A stretch of DNA of 64,000 bases from Malacoraja senta (Eukaryota). The position numbers and the translations under genes are program-made. Below the pieces are notes generated by a model. That model saw only the letters and a program-made list of their open reading frames with translations. It searched no databases and was not told the DNA's origin. Location of the stretch: the NCBI GenBank assembly GCA_038087875.1, contig CM075999.1, positions 1,800,001 through 1,864,000 on the forward strand. Direction: 5' to 3'. Every line of letters starts with the position of its first letter. The first letter of the stretch is position 1. Below, one piece after another: positions 48,349 through 62,149 of this stretch.

Positions 48349-48709
48349 ATGTCTGTTTTCTATAAAAAATATCCATTGGCACAGAAGGCCTCCACAGCCT
48401 TCTGTGGCAATGAATTCCACAGATTCACCACCCTCTAACTGAAGAAATTCCTCCTCCTAAAGGAACATACTTTGATTCTGAGGCTGTGCCCTCTGGTCCT
48501 AGACTCTCCCACTAGTGGAACCATCCTCTCCACATCCACTCTATCCAGGCCTTTCACTATCCGGTCAGTTTCAATGAGGTTTCAATGACGCACCGACCAA
48601 CCTTCTCTCCTTGGAAGGGGCACTCAAAAACAATTGCCCTCACTTGCTGATACTGAGCAGAGGGGGGCGGACACATCTCGGGCAACATCTATGGAGAGAG
48701 GGAATGGGT

Positions 48710-48737
48710 GACGTTTCGGGTCGAGACCCATCTTCAG
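48710..48737 (-). ncRNA. Minimal hammerhead ribozyme-like motif in Penelope pLTR fragment
   Basis: Minus strand CUGAAGA-U-GGGU(CUCG)ACCC-GAAA-CG-UC. Confidence 0.55.
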
Positions 48738-49857
48738 ACTGAGAGTCAGGGGGAGAGGGAGAAAAACGAGAGATCACTCCAGTACTCCGGCACTTTGATT
48801 CTATCTGTGGTTTTAAACCAGCATCTGCAGTTCCTTCTTCTTATGTTATTGTTTGAGAGTTGACAAGGTGGGGGGAAAGATTTACTAGGAACCTGAGCGG
48901 TAGCTTTTACATGCAAAGGGTGGTGGGTGCATGGAACGAGCTGCCGGAGGAGGTAGTTGAGGCCGGGACTATCGCAACGCTTAAGAAACATTTAAACCAG
49001 TACGTGGTTTAGAGGAAATAGACCAAATGCGGGGGCAGGTGGGCTGGTGTGAGCAAGTTGGGCCGAAGGGTCTGTCTCCACACTGTGTGACTCTGTGACA
49101 GTGGGCGATGGAGGCGAGTAGAAGGCATCTCTGTCTCCGTGGGTCTCAGTCCACTCTCACCGTACCATTGTCAGAGCCTCTATCATTGACATCTCCCTGT
49201 GACCCGCGTGGGTTTTCTCCGGGTGCCCTGGTTCCCACCCACACTCCTACGACGTACAGGTTTGTAGGTCAATATGCTTTGGTAAAATTGTGAATTGCCT
49301 CCCCAGTGTGTGTAGGACAGTGTTAGCTTGCGGGGATCGCTGGTCGGTGCCGACTGGGTGGGTCGAAGGGCCTGTTTCTGCGCTGTATCTCTAAGCCAAA
49401 CTAAACTAAACTAAACTAGTCTGCAGACACAGTTCGCTGCTTCCAGCGGCCCCTCTCTCTCGGTACAAGCTCTCTCTCCGCTGAATCACACCCGTTTATT
49501 CAGTTTGCATATTTGTCTGAAACGCTGCCGGGTTTTGACAAACGACCTCAGCTTTCCCGACAGAATTAAACATGAAATCCTTCGTCTGCGAGCTGCAAAT
49601 TAGAATGCGCTGTTTACAGGGAGGGTTTCATTTCATGCTGAAGTGCACAGGATCGCAACGAGTCTCCTCAGCCTGACACAGCCCTGTCCCACCTCACAGG
49701 TATCACAGGCAGCTAAACAGGCAGGATTGCCATGGGCCTCCTCACCTGACCTAACCCTGGCCCAGTGCACAGTTGTCACACGCAGTGGTGGCGATCGGAG
49801 CCAGAAAATGCACCAAGGCCTTCACTGCCTCTGTTACTCACAACTGCTCCCTTTCAG

Positions 49858-50311
49858 TCCCCCTCTCTCTCTCCCTCTCCCTCTCTCACTCCTTCTCCCC
49901 CTCTCTCACTCCCTCTCCCTCTCTCACTCTCCGTCTCTCTCTCTCTCTCTCCTTCTCTCTCTCCTTCTCTCTCTCCCTCTCTCTCTCCCTCTCCCTCTCT
50001 CACTCCTTCTCCCCCTCTCTCACTCCCTCTCCCTCTCTCACTCTCCGTCTCTCTCTCTCTCTCTCCTTCTCTCTCTCCTTCTCTCTCTCCTTCTCTCTCT
50101 CCCTCTCCCCCTCTCTCTCTCCCTCCCTCTCTCTCTCTCCCCCCTCTCTCTCTCCCCCCCTCTCTCTCCCCCCCTTCTCTCTCTATCCCCCCCTCTCTCT
50201 CCCTCCCTCTCTCTCCCCCCCTTCTCTCTCTATCCCCCCTCTCTCTCCCTCCCTCTCTCTCTCCCCCCTCTCTCCCCCCCTCTCTCCCCCCCCTCTCTCT
50301 CCCCCCCCTCT
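49858..50311 (+). repeat. CT-rich polypyrimidine low-complexity tract abutting a gap
   Basis: Direct reading. Confidence 0.97.
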
Positions 50312-50511
50312 NNNNNNNNNNNNNNNNNNNNNNNNNNNNNNNNNNNNNNNNNNNNNNNNNNNNNNNNNNNNNNNNNNNNNNNNNNNNNNNNNNNNNNNNN
50401 NNNNNNNNNNNNNNNNNNNNNNNNNNNNNNNNNNNNNNNNNNNNNNNNNNNNNNNNNNNNNNNNNNNNNNNNNNNNNNNNNNNNNNNNNNNNNNNNNNNN
50501 NNNNNNNNNNN
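50312..50511. other. Assembly gap (200 N)
   Basis: Run of N. Confidence 1.
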
Positions 50512-50626
50512 TATAGTGGGGGATACTGAGAATAAGGTTTAGCAAAACAAGCTGCGGTCTTTCATTAAGAGTGGGAAGCTAACCGAACAGCTTGTGTTCT
50601 GAACAAGACACAAAGTGCTTGAGTTA

Positions 50627-51003
50627 ATGCCCCTGTCCCACTTAGGAGACCTAAACAGCAACCTCTGGTGACCTTGCCCGCCACCCAAGGTTTCCATGTG
50701 GTCACCGGAGGTTTTGGTCACTCTCCCTAATGGTCGAAAGTGGTTTCCGCGTGGTCGAGGCTTCATCTAGGTTGCTGCTATTTTTCATCATGATTAAAAA
50801 TAGGTTGCCGTTTTAAAAATCAATCATTTTTTATGTCGTAGGTCTAATGGAAGCCGGTTTTCTTCATAGTCGAGGAAGGTTTTCAACATATGCGCGGGAG
50901 GTGGTAGGAGGTTGCAGGTCACCTCGACCTTGATTTTTTTTTTTGGGTGGCGGGCAAGGTCACCAGAGGTTGCTGTTTAGGTCTCCTAAGTGGGACAGGG
51001 GCT
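50627..51003. mobile_element. PIF/Harbinger-like MITE, second family, 60-bp perfect TIRs
   Basis: 50629-50688 is the exact reverse complement of 50943-51002; shares terminal CCCTGTCCCAC; flanks TTA/TCA; inserted in a Penelope fragment. Confidence 0.85.
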
Positions 51004-51844
51004 TCACTCACCGGGACAGGCAGCATCCCTGGAGAACATGGATAGGTGATGTTTCTGGTCGGGACCCTACTTTTAGTTTCTTATACCCTTTATCCTGTAT
51101 CTGTACACCGTGGACAGGTTGATTGTAATCCTGCAAGAAGGAACTACAGATGTTGCTTTAAACCAAAGATAGACACAAAATGCTGGAGTAACTCAGCGGG
51201 ACAGGCGGCATCTCTGGAGAGAAAAAGAATGGGTGGCGTTTCCGGGTCGAGACCCTTCTTCAGAGGGATTGTACTCTTGTGTGGCCTTTTTACTGACTGG
51301 TTAGCAGGCAACAAAAAGCTTGTCACTGTGCCTCGGTACACATGGCCATGATAAACTAGAACTAAACTAAACCAGGGTGGCACGGTGGAGTAGCGGTGGA
51401 GCTACTGCCTTACAGCCCCAGAGACCTGGGATCCATCCTGAAGTACTGATCTGAGATGGCGCCCAGCCCAGGCTGGTCACAGACGTGTAACTGCAATCAC
51501 ATTTTACAATCGCTCCACTCTTTTAACTCTCTATTCCTAGAGCAAAATGTCTTATTTTAACTACGATATATCCATACACTGTGGACGGCTCGATTGTAAT
51601 CATGTCTTGTCTTTCCGCTGTCTGGTTAGCGGGCAACAAGACACGTAACTAGCGCGGCACGGTGGCACAGCGGTAGAGTTGCTGCCTCACAGCGCCAGAG
51701 ACCGGGTTCCATCCTGACTACGGATGCTGTCTGTACCGAGTTTATCGTTCTCCCCGTGACCTGCGTGGGTTTTCTCTGGGTGCTTCGGTTTCCCTCCCAC
51801 GTTCCAAGGAAGTACAGGTTTGTAGGTTAATTGGCTCAAATCTC

Positions 51845-52287
51845 TGTCTGGTTTGGGAACAGCTCTGCCAGGACAGGAAGGCTCTGCAGAGAGCAGTGCG
51901 TTCGGCCGAATGCACCACGGGAACTACACTCGCCCCCCCCCCCCCCCTGCAGGAACTATACATCAGAAGGTGCAGATCCAGACCCAGCAGGATCGTGAAG
52001 GACCTCTACCACCCCAGCAACGGGCATTTCCAGCTGCTACGGTCAGGCAAACCTCCGCTGTCATGCTGCGAAAACAGGAGGCTGAGATGGAGTTTCTTCC
52101 CACAGGCCGTCAGGATTGTAAACTGTGATCTCACCAGGGCGTAAATACTGGTGCATCTTCTTTTTTAAATACTGATTATGTTCTGTTCTGTTTTGTTCTG
52201 ATGTCCTGCACAATCCACAGGCATGGCCACTTTCATTTCACTGTACATCTTGTATGTGTATGTGACAAATAAAGTTGACTTGACTTG
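51845..52287 (+). mobile_element. Rex1/Babar LINE 3' fragment nested in an HE1 SINE (51655-52400)
   Basis: QDRKALQRAVRSAE...LQELYIRRCRSRPSRIVKDLYHPSNGHFQLLRSGK...SFFPQAVR; (GACTT)n tail. Confidence 0.75.
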
Positions 52288-52420
52288 GTATAAAAACATG
52301 TACATTGTTCCTGGTGTTTGCAGGATAGAGTTAGTGTGCGGGGATCGCTGGTCGGTGCGGACTCAGTGGGCCGAAGGGGCTGTTTCTGTTCTGTCTCCCA
52401 ACCCCTGCAGAATAGTTACT

Positions 52421-52575
52421 AAGATGGCTGATCCGTGGGGCAGCTGCTGCTGGGACGCAAGTCGGGGCCTGATCAACCCCGGCTGGGTCGCCTGGGCGAG
52501 GGTGTCTGATGTTGTGAGCCCAAAACACCCGATGACCCCAGGACACATGACTGAGGATGCGTCCCAGCGCATCTA
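52421..52575 (+). mobile_element. Probable R2-Hero LINE 3' end
   Basis: K.ADPW coding end followed by CTGATCAACCCCGGCTGGGTCGCCTGGGCGAGGGTGTCTGATG...AAACACCCGATGACCCCAGG; resembles fish HERO 3'UTRs as I recall them, unverified. Confidence 0.45.
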
Positions 52576-53616
52576 GAAGATGTATCTTTTTCACACTTCA
52601 AAACGAGTGTATTTTAGGTTATTGGACCTGCTGTTTGCTCTGTGTGTGTGTTAGTATCGTGATCCTATTGTGTAGCAGAGCAGTAGGCGGGTGTCTCAAA
52701 CAGTACAACAGTGCAACAGATAATGCACTATTTCTGAAGTCTCAACATGTACAACGTTGTGCCTCTGCCTTATAATAAACCCCCATCTCTGCCGTATCCG
52801 TGCATTCTGAACTCATTACCAGCGCCATCTGTTCCTATTAAAGATGGAAATCCCTCTGCTTCAGAAACACCGTTAAGCTAAGGAGCTGTTGTTGGTGTTT
52901 GGCCCGAGCAAACATTCCGCAACCTGGTCCATTGCTCCCGTGCTCCTTTATCCCCAAAATGCCCAAGTATCTACATGGTCAGGACTGGAGGGTTTGGACT
53001 ATAGGGAGAACTTGGATAGACTGGAGACAGACACAAAAAGCCAGAGTGACTCAACGGGACGGGCAGCTTCTCTGGACAGAAGGAATGGGTGACGTTTCGG
53101 TTCGAGACCCTTCACAGGTTAGACTGGAGCTTGTCGCATGTAAGTTCATAACTTCATAAGCTATAGGAGACTGGACGGCTGTGGAGGCCAAGTCAATGGG
53201 TATTTTTAAGGCGGACATTGACAGAGTCTAATTAGTGTGGTCAGGGGTTATGGGGGGAAGGCAGGAGAATGGGGTTGAGAGGGAAAAATAGATCAGCCAT
53301 GATTGGATGGTGGAATAGACTCGACGGGCCGAATGGCCCTATACTGCCCCTATGTCTTCTGGTCTAATGGATTAGGCAAGAGAGCTGGCCTGAATCCAAA
53401 GATCTATCAGCCATGGCCATATGGAGCTTGGAGCAGCTCCTAGCCCAGCCCCTGGTTATTATGTTGTCACAGTTATCAAAGTGTTCACAGGGTAACAGCA
53501 AGATCATCCAACAATAATTTTGGGGGCAGCAGTCTAAGTTTTTTTACCAACACTGGGTAGAAGATTTAAATATTTCCTTTATTCTCCTAGTATTTGGTCG
53601 GCTTTCACAATATACG

Positions 53617-53925
53617 GGGTGGCAGGGTGGCGCAGCGGTAGAGTTGCTGCCTCACAGCGCCAGAGACCAGGATTCGATCCTGACCACGGTGCTGCCTGTA
53701 CGGAGTTTGTACCTTCTCCCTGTGACCGCGTGGGTTTACTCCGGGTGCTCCGGTTTCCTCCCACACTCCAAAGACGTGCAGGTTTGTAGGTTGATTGGCT
53801 TTGGTGAAAATTGCCCCTGGCGTGTAGGATAGAACTAGTGCGCGGGGATCGCTTGTCGGCGCGGACTCGGTGGGCCGAAGGGCCTGTTTCCACGCTGTAT
53901 CTCTAAACTAAACTAGACTGAACTA
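53617..53925 (+). mobile_element. HE1-like V-SINE, full length
   Basis: Pol III boxes, central domain, tail. Confidence 0.9.
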
Positions 53926-54196
53926 AAAAAAATTGTTCTCTGGGACAAATTGAATTTTGCATTCTCACAGTTCAACACTTTGGAATCGATCCTTTATATT
54001 GCTTATCTCACTAACAACACGTCAATGTTTTCCCTCATATTCATCTTAATGATAGATGTAGGCAGGATTGCATGGAGATTAGAAAAAGCTCAACCAATAA
54101 TCTGTATTTTAAATCCCAATAACAGTTGCAATAGGACATATTATGCTGCCTTGGAATCACTTCAAAGTCGTTGTTCGATGACAGCGTGAGCATTAA

Positions 54197-54473
54197 GTTA
54201 AGAATAAGGAGTAAGCCATTTAGAACGGAAATGAGGAAACACATTTTCACACAGAGATTTGTGGGTCTCTGCCTCAGAGGGCGGTGGAGGCCAGTTCTCT
54301 GGATACTTTCAAGAGAGAGCTAGATAGGGCTCTTAAAGATAGCGGAGTCAGGGGATATGGGGAGAAGGCTGGAACGGGGTACTGATTGGGGATGATCAGC
54401 CATGATCACATTGAATGGCGGTGCTGGCTCGAAGGGCCGAATGGCCTACTCCTGCACCTATTGTCTATCGTCT
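54197..54473 (+). mobile_element. CR1 subfamily B 3' end
   Basis: Matches 17191-17608. Confidence 0.88.
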
Positions 54474-56035
54474 AAAATTGTAATCCAAGTTGAAGATTTT
54501 TATTGGGCACCATAGGCTAAAGAATCAGGAAGACACAAGGAACTGCAGATGCTGAAACCCTGAGGGGAAAACACAAAGTGCTGGAGTGACTCAGCGAGTC
54601 AGGCAGCATCTGTGGAGAAATGACAGGTGACTTTTCATGGTCGGTACCCTTCTTCAGACAGGCTGGATGTGTGGGAAGGAACTGCAGATGCTGGTTTATA
54701 CTGAAGATAGACACAAAATGTTGGAGTAACACAGCGGGACAGGCAGCATCTCTGGAGAAAAGCAATAGGTGATATTTCGGGTCTGAAGAAGGGTTCTGAC
54801 CCGAAGCGTCACCTCATGAAGTAATCAGGTCATAAGTGATGGGAGCAGAATTAGGCCATTCGGCCCATCAAGTCTACTCCGACCTTCAATCATGGCTGAT
54901 CTATCTCTCCATCCTAACCCCATTCTCCTGCCTTCTCCCCATAACCCCTGACACCCGTACTGATCAAGAATCTATCTATCTCTGCCTTAAAAATATCCAC
55001 TGACTTGGCCTCCACACTCTATCTCGAAACTAAACCAAAAAATCTAATCAAAGTTAAGCCACAGCCGTAGGAAACAGGGGCAGGAATTGGCAACTTGAGC
55101 TCTTTATAGGTTAATGGCTTCAGTAAAATTGTAAATTGTCCCTAGTGTGCAGGATAGAACTAGTGTAGAGGGGATCGCTGGTCGGCACGGACTCAGTGGG
55201 CCGAAGGCCCTGTTTCCACGCTGTATCTCTAAACGAAACTAAGCTATGGCGGCATGAATCTATTCTACCAAACCCTCTTAAAAATGTGATATTCTGCATA
55301 CATTCTGAGCAGGTATAAAGTTAGACGTATTAATCAAAGATTAAATAGAGAAGTGAAAAGTTTAAATGCTAATACAGAAACCAGCTATGCAAACTAAATG
55401 AAAGATAAATGATTTATTGAAAAGCAATAAAACTGCAGACGTTGGGAACCTAACGGAGAAATAGAAAAATGTGCAATAAAGTAACTGCTATTAGAGGTCA
55501 ATCATCTGTAGAGACATTGAGCTGAAATATTAACTGTATTACTCTTTCCATTGAATGATCTAATTGACTTGTGTTAATCATTTCACCCAGAGAGTTGTGA
55601 ATCTGTGGAGTTCTCTGCCGCAGTCGGCAGTGGAGGCCAATTCCATGGATGTTTCGTTCTCCACAGATGCTGCCTGGCCAGGTGAGTTACTCCAGCACTC
55701 TGTGTCTTTCTCTAGAGTGAGTTGAGTTACTCCGGCATTTTGTGTCTATCTTGGGTGTACCCCAACATCTGCAGTTCCTTCCAACACCACGAATGCATCC
55801 GGAATATTCAATTTGCTCGCAAGACGCTGTATCTAATACCGAGTGCACTCCCCCTGGAGACTAATCACTGCAAACTTCATGACCATGGATAATGTCCGTA
55901 TCGCAGAGGGATTCCATTTTTTTTTCAACCAGTGAAAAGTCTCGCATTGCAATTTGAGATTAGCGTTAGTAATTAAAATGCATTTCCACCAGGCAAAGAG
56001 AAATTAGAGAAGGATAAAAATAGAGAAAATAACGA

Positions 56036-56365
56036 AGAGTGGATGGGGAGAGGATGTTTCCACCAGTGGGAGAGTCTAGGACCAGAGGTCACAGCTTCAG
56101 AATAAAAGGATGTTCCTTTGGGAAGGAGATGAGGAGGAATTTCTTTAGTCAGAGGGTGGTGAATCTGTGGAATTCATTGCCACAGAAGGCGGTGGAGGCT
56201 GTCATTGTGTATTTTTAAGGCAGAGATAGATAGATTTTTTATTTGTTTTATGGGGAGAAGGCAGGAGAATGGTGTTGAGAGAGAGAGATAGATCAGCCAT
56301 GATTGAATGGTGGACTTGATGGGTTGAATGGCCTATTTCTGCTCCTGTCACTCATGAACCTATGA
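56036..56365 (+). mobile_element. CR1 3' fragment (older subfamily)
   Basis: Homologous to 9170-9385 plus its 3'UTR. Confidence 0.8.
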
Positions 56366-56370
56366 AAAAA

Positions 56371-56677
56371 GTGGCGCAGCGGTAGAGTTGCTGCCTTACA
56401 GCGCCAGAGACTGGGGTTCGACCTCAACTAAGTGTGCTGTCTGTACGGAGTTTGTACGTTCTCCCCGTGACCTGCGTGGGTTTTCTCCGAGATCTTCGCT
56501 TTCCTCCCACACTCCAAAGATGTACAGGTTTGTAGGTTAATTGGCTCGGTGTAAATGTAAAATTGGCCCCAATGTATGTAGGGTAGTGTTGATGCGCGGG
56601 GATCGCTGGTCGGCGCGAACTCGGTGGGCCGAAGGGCCTGTTTCCACGCTGTATCTCTAAACAAAACTAAAAACTAA
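56371..56677 (+). mobile_element. HE1-like V-SINE
   Basis: Head, central domain, tail. Confidence 0.9.
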
Positions 56678-58209
56678 CGACTCTTAATAATGCTGTTCTG
56701 ATTTTCCCATCTGGGTCCCACATCAATACATAACTGTGGACTTTTCAGGTCGAGACCTTGGTATGATCATCACCCTTCTCTTTCCCCTCCACAGATGCTG
56801 CCTGACCCGCTGACTTCCTCCAGCGGTTTGTTCTTTTAGCTTCAGATTCTGGCATCTGTAGTCTCTTGTGCCTCCCGAACGAAGACTTTAGACGTTAGAG
56901 ATACAGTGCGGAAACAGGTCCTTCAGCTCATCGAGACGCCGTCAATCAACAATCCTAACACTGAAAGTCTGAAGAAGGGTCTCGACCCATTCCTTCGCTC
57001 CATAGAGGCTGCCTCACCCGCTGAGTTACTCCAGCATTTTTGTCTACCAGCATCTGCAGTTCTTTCTTAAACAATCTCAACACCAACACAATCCTACACA
57101 CACTAGGGGCGATTTACAATTTGACCAAAGCCAATTAACCTGCAAACCTGCACGTCTTTGGGGTCACTGGGAGAATGTGCAAACTCCGTACAGACAGCAT
57201 CCGTAGTCAGGATCGAACGTGGTTCTCTGGCGCTGTGAGGCAGCAACTCTACCGCTGCACCACCCTAATTATAGGCATGCAGGAACCGTAAGGTCAAACG
57301 CTGCGAGCTGCTAGTCACCTATTCATCTAAAATAAAATCTGTTACAAGTGACTTTTATAATGAACCAGAGATCTATGTGACACAGAAAGATATGTCAGTC
57401 TCTAGCCATGATTAGAAGTTGTTCCATGGTAGGTTCAAACTACAAATGCATTATTATATTCATAGAAAGAATATATGTGAAGTAATGTGAACCAAACATC
57501 TCTGGAGAGATATGACGCTTCTCCCTACATGTCTTCCATCTCTTAAAGCCGAAAATAAGTTTAAAAAATGACTTTGTGGCTTTGGTTTAAATTACCTTTA
57601 CAGTTAAATGTCATATTTTAATATATATACAGGATGACTGTGCAATGAGAATCAACACAGTACAACCAGTAATGAAATCTCCACGACATCCAGAGAGCAC
57701 TCACCATCTCATATCATGCAGCATCTCTTGGGCAATTAAATTAACATTCCGAGTGTGTGTACAATGTCCCAATGGCAGGGAGGAAGTTGATGTGCAATAT
57801 TCCTCGATTTATTTTGGATGCTAAACCCAGGGGGAATTTGCCAAATTTATCTCTACGCGGCAATCGTCTAATTTATAAATTGTGTGTTTCATTTATTTGA
57901 AAATCAATGGTGTTTCTTTCTTGCAGCGGATCTTTTACACTGGCCGACAGAGGAAGCGAGTGTTATTCCACTGAACAAGCAAAGGAGAAATCGACGCTTA
58001 TTCTCAAAGAGTGATTTGCACGTTATTGGTGAAACGCTCTCTGTAATGTAACGATGAAAGCTCTCGCCCGTGATGGTGCCACCGCAGTTTGTTCGTTGAC
58101 GAAAAGCAAGATGCCAGGACTCGAGGGCCTGAGCTATGGGGAGAGGTTGAGCAGGCTGGCTGGGACCTAGGTGGGCAGACACGCCATTCGCTGAAAGTGG
58201 CATCGCAGG

Positions 58210-59015
58210 TCAATAGACAATAGACAATAGGTGCAGGAGGAGGCCATTCGGCCCTTCGAGCCAGCACCGCCATTCAATGTGATCATGGCTGATCATCCCC
58301 AATCAGTACCCCGTTCCTGCCTACTCCCCATATCCCCTGACTCCGCTATCTTTAAGAGCCCTATCCATCTCTCTCTTGAAAGCATCCAGAGAACCTGCCT
58401 CCACCGCCCTCTGAGGCAGAGAATTCCACAGACTCACCACTCTCTGTGAGAAAAAGTGTTTCCTCATCTCCGTTCTAAATGGCCTACTCCTTATTCTCAA
58501 ACTGTGGCCCCTGGTTCTGGACTCCCCCAACATCGGGAACATGTTTCCTGCCTCAAGTGTGTCCAAGCCTTAACAATCTTATATGTTTTAATGAGATACC
58601 CTCTCATCCTTCTAAACTCCAGAGTGTACAAGCCCAGCCGCTCCTTTCTCTCAGCATATGACGGATCCCCCCATCCCGGGAATTAACCTTGTAAACCTAT
58701 GCTGCACTCCCTCAATAGCAAGAATGTCCTTCCTCAAATTAGGGGACCAAAACTGCACACAATACTCCAGGTGTGGTCTCACTAGGGCTCTGTACAACTG
58801 CAGAAGGACCTCTTTGCTCCTATATTCGATTCCTCTTGTTATAAAGGCCAACATGCCATTCGCTTTCTTCACTGCCTGCTGTACCTGCATGCTTACTTTC
58901 ATAGACTGATGTACAAGGACCCCCCAGATCCCGCTGTACTTCCCCTTTTCCCAACTTGATGCCATTTTGATAGCAATCTGCCTTTTCCTAACTTGACGCC
59001 ATTTAGATAGTAATC
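58210..59015 (-). mobile_element. CR1 subfamily B 3' fragment
   Basis: QVQQAVKKANGMLAFITRGIEYRSKEVLLQLYRALVRPHLEYCVQFWSP. Confidence 0.92.
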
Positions 59016-59382
59016 TGATTGGGTGGGTCGATTGGGTGGTCAAAAAGCCTTTCGGCACATTGGCCTTCATCAGACAGAGTGTGGGTCAAAGAAAGAGCGT
59101 TGACATCGCGGCCCTGTTTCCACCGATCTTTCCAGCACCCCGCACAAGAAGCGACAAGACAGACACCATTGGGTGCAGATGCCGAGATGTACGTTCAGCT
59201 CTGGCTGAACAACTTCTAATCTTCTGATGTGGACTCGATAAGAAGACGATCAGTGAGAGTATTGAGTATAGAGGGTGGGTAAGACTCGTTGAAGCTGCAT
59301 TTAGAGTATTGTATTGGAAAGAACAGCATGTGGTGGTTTAAATCGAAGATAGACGCACAACGCTGGAGTAACTCAGCGGGAT

Positions 59383-59462
59383 GGGCAGCATCTCCGGAGG
59401 GCAGCATCTCCGGAGGGCAGCATCTCCGGAGGGCAGCATCTCCGGAGGGCAGCATCTCTGGA
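59383..59462. repeat. 16-bp tandem repeat x5 inside a Penelope pLTR fragment
   Basis: (GGGCAGCATCTCCGGA)n. Confidence 0.9.
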
Positions 59463-60077
59463 GAGACCCTTCTTCTGTATTGTGTTCAGTTCTGGGCGCC
59501 ATGTTATAGGAAAGATGTTGTCAAGCTGGAACGGGTACAGAGAAGATTTACGAGGTTGTTGCAGGGCTCAAGGGCCTGAGCTACATGCAGAGGTTGAGAG
59601 CAGGCGAGGGCTTTATTCCTTGGAGCGCAGGAGGATGAGGGTTGATCATGTAGAGGTGTATAAGATCATGAGAAGAATAGAACGGGTAGACACACAGAGT
59701 CTCTTGCCTAGGGTGGGGGACATCGGGACAAAGCGGGAATTCTCTGCCTCAGAGAAGGCAGGAGGCCGGTTCTCTGGATGCTTTCAAGAGAGAGCTAGAT
59801 AGGGCTCTTAAAAATAGCGGAGTCAGGGGATATGGGGAGAAGGCAGGAACGGGGTACTGATTGGGGATGATCAGCCATGATCACCTTGAATGGCGGTGCT
59901 GGCTCGAAGGGCCGAATGGCCTACTCCTGCACCTATTGTCTATTGTCTATTGTCTATAAAACCTGGCAAGTATAGGTGGATACAGGTGTGGAGGAGGAGG
60001 TGGGTTTGTTTGGTCGATGGTCAGACAAAGACTCGAGATGACAGGGAGACAAGAGGGTGTCAGAAAAAGAGAGAGGA

Positions 60078-61909
60078 ATTTAAATATTTGGGAATTGAAA
60101 TTACCAAAAAATATAAATCTTTATTTAATGCACACTATATGCCCCTACTTAATAAATTAAACGCCCTGATTAAATTTTGGAAAACTCTTCCGATGTTTTT
60201 AATAGGCCGAATAAATGCTATAAAAATGATCTTTCCACCACAAATTTTATATCTATTCCAATCAATACCAATATACTTACCTAAAAAGTTTTTTTTTAAC
60301 TGGATTCTGATATCACAAATTTTATTTGGGAATATAAATCCCATAGAATTCAAAGAAGACATTTGTGCAAACCTAAAGAATTTGGTGGACTAACACTCCC
60401 AAATTTTTTGTATTATTATTGGGCAGCAAATGTCAAAAATGTGATTCACCTGTTGGACAACTCTGCCCACGGGTGGATTGGATAGTAATGGAGAGAGAGG
60501 ATTGTTCCCCTTTTAATATAGGAGCGATCCTTCTCTCACCAATAAAACTGAATAATACAATATACAGTAAAAATCCAATTATTCATAGTACAATTAGAAT
60601 TTGGAAACAAATAAAATTAACCCTAAAATTAAGAAACCCATCGCTTCTCTCTCCCATAGTTAATAATCCGTCGTTTAAACCATCCACTATTGATAAATCA
60701 TTTACACATTGGGAAAGAATAGGAATTAAAACATTTGGAGACATGTATGAAAATGGAATTTTTTTTATCATTCCAACAACTACAACTTAAATACAATCTG
60801 AGAAGTAATCAATATTTTAAATATTTTCAAATCCGTGATTAATTGAAAAAATATACACAAGAATATCAAAATTTGTCTCCAGACCTATTAGACGAAGCAA
60901 TGAATATAAAGGCGGAATCAACTATAATATCATACTTGTATATATCATCCCAAATATAGAAATACCATCATCCGATAGAATTAGAAGAGATTGGGAACAA
61001 GAACTAGCTATAAAAATCTCGAAAGAGAGTTGGGATAAACACTTGCTATATGTGCACAAATGCTCGATCAATGTAAGACATATTCCTAATCCAATTTAAA
61101 ACTTTACATAGGACTATATTACTCAAAAACAAAATAAGTAAATGTTACCCAAATGTCTCTTCTATCTGTGATAAATGTCTATCCCAAGAAGCAACTATAG
61201 CACATTCCCTTGTTTTTTGTATAAAAATCCAAAAATTTTGGAATGAAATCTTTGAAATGTTTACAAAATTATTTAAAATAAAACTGAAACCGAATGCAGA
61301 ATTGATTATTTTTGGAACAATGGAAGCCAGCTTTGAGCTGACTTCGTTCCAAAAGAGCTTCCTTAATTACGGCTTAATAATGGCAAAAGAAATTATACTT
61401 AAATTCTGGAAAAACGCTCCCACACCAACGATAAAAATGTGGATTTGAAATATGACCGAACTGTTACACCTGGAAGACATGAGATTCCCCCTAGCAGGCA
61501 AATCAGACCATTTCCAAAAGATTTGGTCTCCATTTATCGACTTATTACAAGCATAGGGTGCAACATAACTTTGAAACTAAATGGTTTCAGGACCTGGTGA
61601 GGGGTGTGTAAAGATACAAAGTAGGGACATCCCTTTTATCTTATTTCACTTTCTTATATCTTCTGTTTTCTATTTTTCTTTTTTGTTTCCTTTGGTTTTC
61701 TTTTTTACTCTTTCTCGTGGTTTAGGTTTCTACGGGTTTCTCCTGATCACTCTTTCACGCACTTACTATCTTATCTAACTCTCTCTATTCTGCTCCTTTT
61801 TAAAGTTTAAAACAAGAAGTGGTACAGGAAATGTATTCTGTTATTTTTGGCTGATATCACTGTAATGTACACTACTTCTAATAAATAAAATATTTAAAAA
61901 AAAAGAAAA
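60078..61909 (+). mobile_element. L1-clade LINE, 5'-truncated, degenerate ORF2 C-terminal half plus 3'UTR and poly(A)
   Basis: FKYLGIEIT...WKTLPMFLIGRINAIKMIFPPQILYLFQSIPI; downstream CDKC...H...C knuckle near 61168-61220; AATAAA and A-tail; 16-bp TSD AGAAAAAGAGAGAGGA (60062-60077 / 61910-61925); interrupts a Penelope fragment. Confidence 0.9.
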
Positions 61910-62149
61910 AGAAAAAGAGAGAGGAGAGAGATGTGATGAAAGAGGGAAGGAGATTTGGTTGAAGTGACGGGGAAAGGGGGGCAGGATAGTGGGAGAAAGA
62001 GGTGCACGCTAGGATTTGGCTCAGGGAAGATGGAGGGAAGAAAGAGAGAGGGGATTGTTACCTAAAATTGGAGAATTCAATGTTGAATTCATTGTGTTGT
62101 AAGCTGCCCGTGCATAGAAGGTGCTGTTCCTCCAGTTTGTACATGGACC

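Noticed and set aside
49643..50542. Long Ser/Leu/Pro ORFs (also 10694-11277)
   Set aside because: Artefacts of CT/GA microsatellites and N gaps
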